Shown here piece by piece: positions 1 through 13,800 of a stretch of 64,000 nt of DNA. The stretch lies in contig CDMY01000947.1 in assembly GCA_001179505.1 (NCBI GenBank), forward strand, positions 173,591-237,590. The letters are read 5' to 3'. The position numbers and the translations under genes were made by a program. The notes under the pieces were generated by a model. That model did no database searches and was not told where the DNA came from. It saw nothing but the letters and a program-made list of their open reading frames with translations. The stretch is from Vitrella brassicaformis CCMP3155 (Eukaryota; Protista; Chromerida). The first letter of the stretch is position 1. Every line of letters begins with the position of its first letter.

Positions 1-224
1 ATCTGCGCAGAAAGAAGAAAAGACAGGCACGGCACCTCCACGAAGAGTATAGACAGGGAGGGAGGGACGCAGGCGGCCACGGTCAAGCAGCAGGCATCCA
101 TCCATCCATCCATCCATTCGTCTCGTTTGTCGCAAAACAAAACTGCCCCCCATCACATTACTCACACACACACACATGGATGTGTCAGCGGAAGGTGCTG
201 GATGACAGGAGCACAGGCAGCCCG

Positions 225-1860
225 TCAGTCTTCGTAGTTTTGCGGCGCAGCTGCCTTCAGCTCTGGATACACACACTCACATAATAAACACGCCATGAGC
301 ACTGCACTGTCTGTGTCTGTCAATGTTGCCCCCCTGTCCAACGCACCTCTGTCATCGAGCACGAGCGAACGGATCTGCTCAAGCACCGATATGGGCGTGG
401 CGGGCGACGATGACGTGCCGTCCGGATGCCCACCACCCCCACCACCACCAGCCTTCGCCCCCATGGCTGCCTCCGAAGACAACCCCCTGCCGGCTCTCCC
501 GTGCCCCCCACGTCTCCCACCACACCGCATCTCGGGGAGCGACACCGCCCTGTAAGGCAACAGGGGACCCGGCACATCGACTTGACCGACATGGTCCCCA
601 ACTTCAGCAAGCGTAAGCACTCCTGGTGCCCGCGCAGGTGACGGTGCGGGTGAGTTGTACAGCACGACGCCCATAGTGGCCACGGGTGGGCCGGACGTTG
701 GTGCGATGGCGATGGATGGGTGGCGAGAGGGCGGGGCAGAGGGGCCGGGGAGGTCGGGAGGGGCGGGGTGGGGGAACGGGGTGCTTGGGATGGGGAGGGG
801 CAGAGGGAGGGGGTGAAAGACCGGGGTGCTGTCAAGAACGGAAACACCAGGTCTGCGTAGGTAGAGAGAAACGACAAACAACAGGACGTTCATATATTCC
901 GTCTTGCGTGGGGTGTTTGTTGGGGCTGCGTGCGTGTGTGTGTGGTGGGTACTCACCGCTCGTGGGCAGAGGCGGACGTGTCAATGTGTTGCTGCTGTGT
1001 GTCGCCTGTGTGTGGTTCATGCTGGCCATCGGTGTTGACATCTTCTTGCATGTCATCGAGGTGGTGCGCCCATTTGCAGCGGGGCCTGTAGCACCGACCC
1101 GCCAGCCAATCGTGGCATACTTTGGTCTTCACGAAAAAGCTGATCGACATTCCAACACCGAACACGTGGATGGATGGATGGATGGCTGCAGACACCGATG
1201 CACATCGTCTTTTTTGTCACAAGTGATGGTTTCTACTTGGTGGTCCTCAGTGCGTCCTTTGAGTGGGCAAACGTACAGAAGGGGTTCCGACAGTTCTGCA
1301 ACTGTGCGTGGTGCAAAGCAACAGGACACCCACAGAGAGATCCATGTGAAGCGGGCACGTGTGAGTGCATGTGTGCAGTTCACTCGGCTGACATACATCA
1401 GGGCAGAGTGACGTCCTTGAGAGGTCAGGCCGCTGCCTCAGCTCCCCCAGGCCATGGGCGAACCGGCACTGCGCACCCCACGTGCAACGACCCGCCTGAT
1501 GCCACTTACCTATACACACACACACCGCACACACACACAGAGCATCCACAATGTGTCTGAGTGGCGCTCGCAATGCTCACATAATCTGGTCTTGCGCAGC
1601 TGTTCCTCGAATCTGCTGCGATTGGTCTCGATGATGCCCGCCGGTCCTCTGCGTCTGTTGCCCTCCCACCGCTGCATCGAGAAGGGCCTGGGCGGGTCGC
1701 ATGGCGCCGGCACGGGCCCAGGCAGATGCCCAGGGAACTGAGGAGGGAAGCCAGGCTGCCCGAACTGAACCAAACACACACATGAAGTCCAGCATACCAC
1801 ACACAAACAGACATCTCCTCTCTGTTAAGGCTCCTTCCTTTGACCCACCTGGTTCTGCAT
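225..1860 (-). CDS. Triple CCCH zinc-finger RNA-binding protein (ZFP36/TIS11-like, alveolate three-finger type), multi-exon
   Basis: Spliced exons give LRKTRLCEH|WQAGRCTWGAQCRFAH, RPDLSRTSLCPD|LQNCRNPFCTFAH and N|FFVKTKVCHDWLAGRCYRPRCKWAH, then a low-complexity C-terminus ending at the stop of ORF 225..956. Start MQNQ|FGQPG has a phase-0 GT-AG intron; a further upstream exon cannot be excluded. Confidence 0.85.
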
Positions 1861-2157
1861 TTATGTCAGCGGCGTGGTGGTGCGGTGGGCGGTGAACGCA
1901 CTTGCCTCCATCCTCATGTGTGTCGCCGATATCACCATCATCACGCTGCAGACTGAGCTCTCGTCGTCAGTTCTCGTTCTTTCATCGCTCACAACGAAAC
2001 AAGTGACGCATTCCCCAGTGCACTCCCCTCGGGCGTAGCATCACAAACACAAAGAGAAGGAAGAGAACGCAGTGGTGTTCGAGCCAATTTGCTTCGAGCG
2101 TCGAGACGATCGGGGGGTCGTGGGCCGAGACGGAGAGCAACCACTGCCAGTGGCATC

Positions 2158-4434
2158 ATGGCGCAGGCGGCGAATTTCTACGTGTGGGGCGCGGCGCCAT
2201 GGCAGGGGGATCCGGCGATGTACGCGCCGAATCTCGTGCAGGTGCTGGATGCCGACATTGCCGGGGTACACTTTGGCCCCTCCTTCAGTGTGGCGTTCAC
2301 CGAGGATGGTCGGCTCTATTCGTGGGGGGAGGACCACAGTGGTCAGCAGGCAGGCAGGGAGGGAGGGAGGGAGGGAGAGAGAGAGAGGAGTCACCAATGC
2401 ATTGATTGCATCATGCTCTGCACTGCAGGGTGCCTCGGCATCGGCACACGTAAGACACTCGCCAAAGAGCCCACCGCAATCAAAGGCATCCCACAGGATG
2501 AACGAGTCGTTGGCCTGGTACGTCCCTCCCTTTATGTACTCATCTCTCCCATCTATGCATCTCGATTTCCTTCTGTCTCTTCTCTCCTTATCAATGCAGA
2601 CTGGCGGGACCGATTTCGTGCTGGCATGGTCGGACAAGGGATCCGTCTTTTCGTGGGGCGACAATGCCTTCGGTCAGCTGGGCTCCGGAAACCAGGCGCA
2701 ACGATTCGAGCCGAAAAAAGTTGGCCTTTTGGAGCGAGAAATTATCACGCAGGTGAAGGGAGAGAAGGCTGTGGGCTTCTCGTTGCGTGCCTATCGTGCG
2801 TGTGCATATGATGCAGATAATTGTGGCGGCGGGGTGGTCATGTTTCGCCTTGGCGGAGAGTGGGATGGTATACGCGTGGGGCGGCAATGTCCACAACGAG
2901 CTGGGGCTGAACAGATCGGATGACCGCGTCTTGAGGCCAGAGCCTGTGCTGGCCATGAAGGGCAGGAGAATCAGGTAGGCCACTGACTGGGGGGTGTTGG
3001 TCATATGTGTCCGGCTCTTGATTCGCCTTGGTACCCTTCCTCTGTCTTAGAAAGATCGAAGGCCACAATGGCAGTATTGTGGCATATGTCTCCTCCAAAC
3101 CATCAGAGAGCCACCAAGCACCCCAATTGGTGGCTTCTCCAGTCTCAGCCCAGAGCGCATCACTGCTGCCGTCATTCACCAGAGACATCGAAGTCTTCGT
3201 AAGAACCACTCCTGCACACGAATGCATCGCGTCTTGCATTGTCTGCCTGTCTATGCCGGTGCATTCAGTGGGGAGTCGACCTGATGCGAAGAGTCCTGGA
3301 CGAGATGGCCGAATGGTGGTCTCGGGTGCTCGAAATCCGACACGGGGAGCCTTCACCGAGTGCCATCGACGCATCGGGCGGAAGCATCCATCTCCTTGGG
3401 CACGAGCCCACATCAGACGACCTCGACCAATTCGCGTCAGAAAGCCAGCTGCTGCGGGCCGCGGAGGACCTGTCAACCCTGACACGGGCGGTGCTCGACC
3501 AGATGAGGGAACTGGAGCACTCGGCCACGCTCAAGTTCCTGCTCGCGGTCATGCTGGATGACATCCGGCTGAGACACGAGAAGATCGACCGCATACTTGC
3601 CACACGACGGCTCGTCGACGCCAAGACGGATCTGCAAGGCATTGTGGACCAGGCAGAGATGAGTGGTGATGATTACCTGGAGGGAAGATACGACACCGAT
3701 AGCCAGCTGAGGAGACTGGAGCAGGCGTCGCGAGTGACTGAAGCCGCCCTTCATAATGTCAGGACCGCGCCGGCGCCTGATCTGTTCTCGCAAGAGCTGC
3801 AGCTTGCCGTCATGGAGTCCCTGGAGAAAGGCCTGCAGCTGAATGAGACCCACGCGCAGCTCATCAAGACAGCTGGCAGCAGGAGGCAGGAAAGACAAGG
3901 ACGACGAAGGCAGTCTCAGCGACACGGCTCATCTTCCATGAGAAGGGACAGCGACGCCGGCAACACAGCTGCAGGCGATGGACAAGTCGCGATCGACGTG
4001 TATGAGGATGTCTCTGCCCTCAAGCCCGTTGCGCGTCGGTGGCAGGCGCTGAAGGGTTTCAGCTTGGGAAGGCTGTGTCTCGAGTGCGAGAGGAATCGAT
4101 ACGATTACGGAAACGATGAGGTGAATACGCATACACACACACATACACATCAGCTGCCCCTCTCTATGGATGGATGTATGTGCCTTCCTTCGCACACATA
4201 CAGGAGTTCCTTGCCTTTCTGGTTCGGCAGAGCGACGCCAAGATCGACAAAACCCTTCGGCTCGACCGAGACCAACTGCTGTCGAGGAGCTGTCTCGCCC
4301 CTTCACTTGTTTACGACTTGCTGCTGGAGAACGGGGAGTTGAGGAAAATGGCAAATGCATACCAGCTGAGGGTCTATGTCCTCGACAAGGGCAGGAGACG
4401 GCAGGGCAGCGGCAGCAGCGGGAGCAGTAAGTGA
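2158..4434 (+). CDS. RCC1/BLIP-II repeat protein with C-terminal coiled-coil and an unassigned domain
   Basis: Exons encode repeated RCC1 signatures: FSVAFTEDGRLYSWGE, FVLAWSDKGSVFSWGDNAFGQLG, CFALAESGMVYAWGGNVHNELG. A heptad-rich helical exon (ORF 3239..4342) and a last exon ending RVYVLDKGRRRQGSGSSGSSK* follow. Confidence 0.85.
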
Positions 4435-5358
4435 ATCGCCGTCAAGACAAAGGGCTTAGGCGGAGTAGGTGTCTCTGAGACTATTGTGGGAATGCAGCTG
4501 TGCTCTGCTGTGCGTAGGACTGTGTGTAGGATAGACGCCATTTGGGTCGTGTCATCACTGACTGATCAATGAGTGAGTGAGTGAGTTGAAGTCGACAAAT
4601 AAGTCGTGTCCGAATGACACACCCACACACACACCCACACCTGAGGGTATACATTGCAAGCCAACGTCCTGTGCGCATGACCTCTCCAGAAGAGACAAAC
4701 AAGAGACATGCCTGCCTGGCAAAAATTGAATTAATGCTGCTGGGGGCCGCAAAACAAGCCACACACCGCCCAGCCACACATTCGGGGGGACGCAGGCAGC
4801 AAGGAGACAGACACAAGGTATGATGGATGAAGAAGGCAAAGAGAGAAAGAAAGAGAGAGAGAGGGAGGAGGGAGGGAGAGAGAGACTGGACCGACCGCCA
4901 TTGCTAATGCTCGTTGCTCGGGGCCAATTGGCCCTCACGTCAATAAAGACACAACCCCACGGCGCCCCCAAGCTCTTGCCTCTTGCTTGCCATGTGTGCG
5001 CCCTCCCTCCGTGGGCTGGCCAAAGGCATCTATCTCTGTCTGCCCGTCGATTTGGGTACCCAACGAGAGAGGCAATCCCGCAGGCAGACAGGAAGACGCC
5101 CGAATTATTGCCCTCATCAGTCAGGCAGCCAGGCAAGGAGGGAGGGACGGGGCAGGAAGGGAGCAAGGCCTAGTAAGCTAAGCTACCCATCGATCGACCC
5201 GACCACCGGTCAACAAACACACACACGCCAAGCGACAAAGACACACACAAGGCAGGCAGGCAGGCAGGCAGATAAATAAACGAGCTTTCACAGCTCGATC
5301 CAACACGCGAAAAAACACCCATTCATCTATCCCTCCCTCCTCCCCGCCCATCGTCTGT

Positions 5359-7801
5359 CTATCTGGGTGGCGCCGTCATCTCCACCCCTGTGTGGGAGTG
5401 GGAGGGGGGAGGGGGCGCAATCCCACCATCGCCAAAGTCGCAATCCAATTCTAATCTTTCCTCGTCGCTCAGCAGCTGCTGGTAGCCGTATACGCGCGAC
5501 GGCGTCGGCGCCACGTAGCTGCCGGCCCGCCCCGTCCTCAACTCGTACTGCAGCCTGTTTCTCTCTGCCCGCTTCCTCCGCTGAAACATGACCGCAACAG
5601 CCACCAGCAGACCCACCACTATCAGCACCGTCGACAGGATGACCGCCGTGGACAGACTGTGGTGGTGGGTGGCGCGGTGGTGGTCACTGCTGCTGCTGCT
5701 GGGGCCTGTGTGTGGGACGTCCGGCATGTGCAGGGAGGGGGCTCTCTTGAGGGATGGCCCCAGGCTGCTCTGAGAAGACGGAGAGACGGGGGGCGGGATG
5801 TCCTCGGCCGGCGCAAGAGGCTCCTCAGGAGCCACCACTGGCTTGGCCACAGCAGCACTTGCATCATCTTGGCCAAACTCGACAGGCTCGTAGGCGTATG
5901 AGAGCCGCCGTCTGGGGTACTTGGCGACGACGTTGACTCGCCATCTGCCGGTGGGGTCGATGTCAGAACCTCCGTCTGACATCCAGTCTGTCGGCAGGGG
6001 GTGGTAGGTGACGCCATGGGGCACGGGGTTCCACTTGACTGTCCTGCCGCTGTGCTGCGTGGTGTGGGCCTCCTCGTACAGGCCGCACGCCGTCGTCCCG
6101 TCGGACCGCATCTCACCGATCTTGCCCCAAAACAGCTACAAAGACAGACAAGGAAGACGTTGGTTGGTGGGTTCCTGTGTTGTGTCTGGGTGTTTGCCGG
6201 TCTCTCCCACCTCGTAGATGACGTCCTCGGGCTCGGCTTCCCTCCCGTCTCTTGCGACGATGTCATCGCTACAGCCTGACGTACTTGACGGCTCCAGCTT
6301 GGCCACACGAAGCTTCTCCCACTCAACTGCAGACATCAGCATCACACCACACCACACCACACCACACCACACACCCACAGAGAGCGTCAGACGGCGTCGT
6401 CCCTCCTTGTCTATCGCTCGCTGACCCGCCACCCGGCCATTTACCTTTGACTTCGGTGGATGAAGGCTCCCTGGTGACTCGAACCTTTGGCGACGATGCG
6501 CCGAGGCAGTGGACGTCCGTGATGTCCTCCACGAGCAGGATGAAGCTGCCGTGGTCCGCTGCCGGCGACTGGCTGGGGTGGTCTCGCCAACTCACACCCA
6601 GGTACTTGGCCTGGTCGACAGGGATGACCGCTGATGTGGTGTTGCGGTCCAGGGTGACGGCATGTGACGCCTGGTCCCCCTCCAGCACCTGCGCCATGGT
6701 CGACCCGCCCCGCAGCTCAGCGTCGCCCAGACACACCTCGAACCGCACCATCATCTTCTCGGGCATCGCTGCTGTGGATGCAGCCCCTCGCCTCTGCGTC
6801 GAGGCGGGGGGCAGCACCCGGTATGTCCACCTGGCCCCTCTGTCCACCTTGCCCATGCTCGGCTCGTGAAAGGGCAGAGGCGTTCCCTGCCTCTGTGAGT
6901 GCGCCCTCAAGGCGACAGTGATGTCCTTGTTGCGCTCGGACGACACGGTTCCCACATACTGGCAGGTGGGAGAGGGTGTGGAAGAAACCGGCCCGTCAAT
7001 GATGGACACGAGCTGGTTTGCGCTGTTGACCCACCCCTTGAAGTCGTGGCTTGTCGAGTTGGGCACCCGGTCGAATGGCCGGCCGGAAAGCTTCTCGTCC
7101 GTGCGGCATCCGGTGATGAATAGCTTGATGTCGATATTGCCAGGCGAGTCGGCGTCATACGGCACGTCTGCCGTGAAGGTCACCTGGCCCGATCCGATGC
7201 CGGGCGATCTGCGTGCGGTAAAGATGAAGTGGAAGGGCTCACGAGCCTTGAGAGGGAACTCCACGGCCTGGCCGCCGTCAGGTACGCGGAAGAGGCCACC
7301 GCTGCTGCCAACCTCCACCGAGTAGAGCTCGTCAATGTCCATCAAGGACTCATCCCCCGCCTGTGTGCAGTGTTAGTGTTAGGGATGAGTGATGGGTTTC
7401 TCACGCAGTCACACTGCACTGACCTGCTCGTCAACATCGATGTAGAAGTAGAGCGCGCCTCGTGGCTTGGCCTGCCGGGCGGACCAACTACATGACATGA
7501 GAAAGGCAGCAGAGCAGCCGTGGTAGGGTAAGGTAGGGTAGGTGGGCGGAATGAGTGCCTTCCTTTTCTCTGGATCTCTGTGTGTGTGCTTACGGGACGA
7601 CTAGTGCCAGGATGGTCTCGTCACTGAATGGTGCGAAGGGCTGCAGCATGGTCCCCTTGCAAGGGTCCCCGTGGTCCTCACCGCAGCCCGTCAGATAGCT
7701 GCCGTCAGCCGCACTCACGTTGCTGCTCAAACCTGCACCCCACCACCACACACACCCACACACACAGGGAGAGAGAGAGAGAGAGCAAGGACATGTGCGT
7801 G

Positions 7802-7836
<35 letters not shown>

Positions 7837-10800
7837 CCAGGCCAGCAACATACATACCGGCGTAGACGTTTTTGACTCTGGCAAGGTTGCTGGTGGACAT
7901 CATCATGAGATCCACATCGGCGAGTGGGTTGTCGACAAAGACCATGATCCGTCTGCTGGTGGCCAGCATGGCCGCGTCCATCTCCACCTCCCTGTCCAGG
8001 TCCAGCACTATCGGCATCTTCTCACGACGACCACCACCCCCGCCCTCGGTCGCGTCATGCGGCACCTCCAACGCCAGGATGGAGAAATCAGCTGCCATGG
8101 GGCTGACCTCAGCACTGAACACGCCGATGACGATCTGGCAGTCTTGTGAGGTGCTGCTGCTGCTTGTGGTTGTGCTTGTGCCGGGGGATGGGGCCATCTC
8201 CTGCAGCATCCGCCGAGTGATCCGCCGCATTGGGAGGGTCCTTGTGCGGAAAGGGGTGGCGCTAAGGGGGCGGGCTAGACGTCGTCGCGTTCTTCTTTTT
8301 CTGGTTGGTGGCGGTTTGCCGCTGCATGTGTCTGAGACGTTCCATCGGATCTCGTAGTTGCCCCTGTCTGTCTGAGTGGCGGGGATGTTGTGGGACTGGT
8401 CGTCTGTAGGGGTGGGCAGGGCCACCTTGCCCTGGCCTGCATTGGCCACGACATTATTGACATCACCTGTTTGTAAATGACATACCCCACACACACAGAC
8501 AGAAGGAATCAATCGTACCAAAGCGCACGTGGCAACGGGTGTGGTGCCGCCCGAACCGCCTGGGTGTCTGTCTTGCTCACTAACTAACCGTTGAATATGG
8601 AGACAACGATGAAGACCTCCGTGTTGTCGGGGCCGTCCTGCAGGTCACCGTCATAGCTGTAGGCGTAGTACTGAGGCGCATCGAACGACAACACCTGGAC
8701 ACCTCCACACGCACACGACACCCACCTAAATGTTCGCCTATTCATGTCTTCGTGTGGTCCCCTTGTGTGTGTGTTAGTGGCTGATTGATTTGATTACCTC
8801 TCCCTCGACAGTGTTTCCCTCAGTCAGTGTCTCCACCGTGGCATTGTCGCCCCGGCTGGCCGTCACACGGAGGCTGAACGAACAGGCGTCGCCATCGCCC
8901 AACGAATCGTCATACACCTAAGCACAAGACAGACAGACAGACAGACAAGGGCAGACAAGACAAGGGCGGACATCAATCACTCCACTCAGAGCAATTCCTT
9001 TCCCCCCACCCCCAACCCCCCCTCACCTCTAGCACAAACATGCCCGGCTTGACGCGCTGGTCCGCCTGTGTGATGAGCTGCACGTCTTGGCTGTCGGGAT
9101 AGCCCACTGTCTGGGCGCCTTCATCTGTATCCCCAGCATTAGCACCTCCCGTGGTGTCCTTGGTGTCCTTGGCCTTGGTGCCGGGGAAGTGTATTCTGAC
9201 TGAGGGGCTGCACTCCTCGGCCGACAGCTTGACCGACACTCCTGGGACCACCTTCTTGCCATACAGGTAAAAGCGATACCTGAGAGGAAGGAAGCGCCAC
9301 ACCGCATCGCATGCACAATTCTTTCGATGCATCCATTGTCCTCCCTCCTCACTTTTCATGGGTCTGCCCCATGAGCATGCCTCGCTGCGGCAGCCCTTCC
9401 TGCACCAAGATGCCCAGATCCATCAGCTCGGGGCCACCCGCCCCACAACAAGCACCACCAGCAGCACCGGGCTGCCCCGAGCCACCGGCGTCCACGCCAG
9501 CAGCGGTGAAGACGACGGAGAACTCCGACTGCTCGAAGCCATACACTTGGATTAGCAGCATGCAGTCTGGCGTGTTGGCGCCCTTGCCGCACTGGGCCCT
9601 CTCACGGTCGGCCTGCAGACAATAAATACGGTGGATGAACCAACCAACAGCATACATACTCATGTGTGTGTTGCGAGTGATTGAGAGAGGGGGCGGGCAG
9701 TTGTCTGTCACTGACCTTGAGCTGTTCCGTCGAGAGAGTGACGGCCTCGTCCCCGAGGGCGTGGAGTGACTTGTGCACGGTGGCCTGGTCGGTGTCCTTG
9801 AGAGAGCCAAGGCCGCCGGTGCCGTCTTTCAGCACGCTCGATGACACCACCATGACATACAAGTCGGGGTCGCCCGTCTTGGGGGTCACTGCACACGAAG
9901 GGAGACACACGGATCCACCGATAGATGAGGGTGGGGATATGTGTATGTGTTGTGTTGTGTGCGTGTGTGGTCACCTTTGACGTTGATTTCGTCCTCGAAC
10001 GCCTCCTTGCTGAGTGTGGCCGTGAACAAGGCGCTGCCCGACTGGAGCGTCTTGCCCTCCTGAGGCTCGAAGGGCTCCAGCTCTGTCGGCTTGCCGTCCT
10101 GACCCACACACACCCACACACACGTAGACACACACACATGCCATCCCTTCCTTCGCCCCTCCCTACGTGTGGGTGGGTGGCACCCCCCACTTACGGCAAG
10201 GTTGGCTTCAATGGTGAATGCGGTGTCCCTATACCCCAGGACGGCGATGTAGTAGACGCACTCGCCCTTCTTGTCGATGACGTCCTTGTTGCAGTACTTG
10301 CGGTGTGCGGGGTCGTCCGCCGGGATGAACACCACGTCACTCCCGAACTGGTCGCTCGAAAACACCTCGGGATCGCCCGTGCGCAGCTTCGGCTCGAAGC
10401 CAACGTACAGGTCGGCATCGCCCGCTATGACTGATACATACACGGGAACACACACACACACACGAGTGGATGGCGGCGGTTGTTCGTATGTGTGCGCGGT
10501 GCTGTGGGGTTGGGGGAAGGGCTACTTACTTGTGAGGCTGACGGTGAGGTGGTGGTCGATGTCGGCCGATGCGAGGCGGAAGAAGAGGACTTCCTCCTCC
10601 TCGATCGTGCCGAACAGAGGCACACCCTCGGCCAACAGCATGACATCACTATCGCTGCTGCCCATCAGATTGAACGCTATCTGATAAGAACCACACACAC
10701 ACACGCACACAGACGGTTGAATGAGCAATCACTGTGGTCTCGTCCTCCCCCTCTCTCACTCACCCTCTCTGCCGTGGCGTTTGTGTTTCCCTCCGTCTGC

Positions 10801-13800
10801 ACGGGCTTCAATGGCGTAACTGAAATCATGTAGCTCCCCCTCATGACAGCCCTCGGGTCATCCCCCTCCACCACCAGCAGCGGCGCCAGCCCCAGCTCCT
10901 CTTCCTCCTCCCTGCTGGGCCACGTGTGGTTCTTCCGAGTCGGCACCGACAGATGCATCGCCTCCAGCTTGTCGCTGTCCTTCAACACGTCCTCTGGGAT
11001 GGCATTGGCCCATATGGCCAGCTGCTTGCCGCCCAGAGCTGTGAGAACGAACTGCAGGGGCCGCATCAGACGCTTGGACTCGAAGTGCACCGGAAAGAGG
11101 AACACGGCCCGGTAGTCGGGGCTATCGGGGTCGGTGGACACCTCCCCCCGAACCGTCACCCCGTCCGCCAGCTTGACGGCGCCGTCAAGTGCGTCGAGGA
11201 ACGAGGCAGCGTCCTTCTGCTGGCCTTTCTTGAGGGTAGCGGAGATGTCGTAATCACTGGGGCCGGATGGGGAGAGCACCTGGATGTACCAGAGGCCGGT
11301 GACATTGGCGGCATCGTGGGCTGGGTCGATGGGCGTGTGGAAGACCATTGTGGGGTAGACACGAGAGTCGAATGGGAGCGGAGTCTCTCGCTGGTCCCAC
11401 TCTCCGACCTTCTTATCGGCCTCTGCAACTACTGCCGTGCCACTGGGTGTGGTCCGTGTGACGGTGAACTGAGGCTCGCCGCTGACAGGGGAGAGCGCCA
11501 CCTCGAGGCTGGCGTTGCCGGTCATTCCCTCGAGCATCTCACTCACAATGGGGTAGACGAACAGAGCACTCCCATTGCTGTCGAGGTGGCCGCTGAAGGG
11601 CACGCCGCTCTGCAGACTCACCGCCCCATCAACACCACCACCACCAGCAGCATTAGAGCTAGAGGAGTTGTTCTTGTTGACGTGTTGCTGTTGTGTGATG
11701 GTGAGTTGGAAGTCTGAGGTGACGTTGGAGGTGAGGAGGATGGCGTAGTACGAGTGTGGCTCGGGCCGCAGCGGGGTGGCGGCCATGTAGGAGCGTGGCT
11801 CGGGGCCCTGCTGGCTGGCGTCCAGCTGGAAGTTGCGGACATCGCACGATGCACCGCCGTCGAAGAATTTCTGCCAAGGGAGGGCATCAATCACAGACAC
11901 GTGTGGGTGGGTATGTGGGCAGCTGAGATGCGAGTGCCTGTGCGTACGTAGCATGTTTGTGAGTCGAACGGCTGGGTGTCGGATCCGCATCGTATCGCAC
12001 ACAGACTGGTGTGGTTGCCGCCCTGCCGAAGAGGGAGCCAGCCACACAGCACCACACACATGGCACACATTGTGTGGGGGCCGTTTTGGTGTTGTGCTGT
12101 GCACTGCAGCGGACCTCATCATCGAGCTGCATGACGAGTGGCTGTGGGTCGTCGCTCGGCACTCGAGTGAAGAAGACCATCGACTGAGACTCGTCCACCG
12201 AACCCACCTGCACCCACACACACCAGATATAACAGAGGGGTGGAATGAATCGCCATTAATGTGAAGCATCCGCCTGGCCTGTCTGTCCACGAGTGTCTGT
12301 CTGTCTGTCTTGTCTGTCTGTGTGACCTGTTGTAGGTTGGGCATGAGTCCCACAAACGGTGGGATGCCTGGCGTGTTCTCCACAACGAGAAGCGAGAAGG
12401 CGGCAAAGGTGTGGGCCGTCACGCCAATGTGATACCTGAACACGAACAAGACAGACAGCAGGGGGCGAGTGTCTGCATGCTGTGTCTGCAGCGTCGTTCG
12501 TTTGGTCGTCGCAGACCATCCTGTGGGCTTTGCCCTCCTGAGTAGGCCTTCCTTTGGAATGGTGACGCGGTGTGGACCCACGCTGTGAGACTCCCAGTGC
12601 TGAGTCGAATCCTACACACACATACACACACATGACGTGAGATGCCCCCATACGAGAGCATACACCAGCCTGCTTCTCTCTCTCACTTTGCCTGGTATCG
12701 GGAGTGCCGTGCCGACATCAGGGGCGACGGCGATGTCCGTCTGGCCAGTGAAGGGCGTCAGGAACACTCGAGCGGCTGCCATGGCCACAGAGACATAAAG
12801 CGATTGATCCGGCGGACGTGGATGGAAGGAGTGAATCTGCCTACGTGCATCAGGGTTGGTGAGCGTGACGCGGAAGAACGCCGTCTGGCCGCGGGGCACC
12901 GCAGCAAAGTGGGGCTTGTTGACCTCGATGGGCGTCTGAATGAGAACCAGGACACGACACACGCCAAGTGGTATGCGGCTGACGGATGAACAGTCCCTCT
13001 GTCTTTGTGTGTGTGTGTGTGCAGGTGTGATGGTACGAGTGCGTCAGGTACGGTGACGTCGACAACTACATTGGCAGGCCTGTGGCCGGTCTTCTTCATC
13101 ACTGTCACGTAATAACGGCCCTTCTCTGTCGGACATACATCACGTCCACACAACAGATAGATAGATACACGACAACACACACACATGGAAGCAGAGCAGC
13201 ATGATCGACGGGCGGCCATGCATATCGTTGTGTGTGAGCCGACCTCTCTTGGTGGATGCCACCTGGCCGTTGAGCCATCCTACTTCAGTCGACAAAGCGT
13301 TGCTACTACTGCAGTGCACACACGTGTACACAGGCAGACAGACAGCTATGAGGTGAGATCGTCTCATTGTTGCTGTGTGTGGGTCGTGCCTGTCGGATGC
13401 GTTGCTGGCGAGTGTGGGGCTGTCTTTGTAGACGGCCATACTCACAGCATCTTCCTCACCACCAGACGGATACACACTCTGAATCAACACACACATGATT
13501 GAATGTCGGTGATAGTATCACCGTGTGTGTGTTGGTTTGGCGTACGAAAGAGAGTCTCGCATCATTCTTGGATGCCCCGGCAGCGGCACATGCATCGTCG
13601 CATACGAAGACCAGCTGCAGGGGGCTGCCGCCCTCGATAATGGCCTCCGTCGAGTCACACGTCAGCTCCCCAGCCGACGATGATGAGCTCTCACTGTCAC
13701 TGCTGTTAGTGTTGACGCTGCCATTGACGCACTGCACAGGTGAGAAGAAGGAAATCGATGGATCTATCGATCGATGCATGAGGGGTTTGGTTGCTGTGCC

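Noticed and set aside
10926-11717. 263-aa plus-strand ORF, and similar long ORFs such as 54716..55642 (-), 43213..43902 (+) and 58555..59235 (+)
   Set aside because: Antisense shadows of real exons in GC-rich DNA; no domain signal or independent splice structure.
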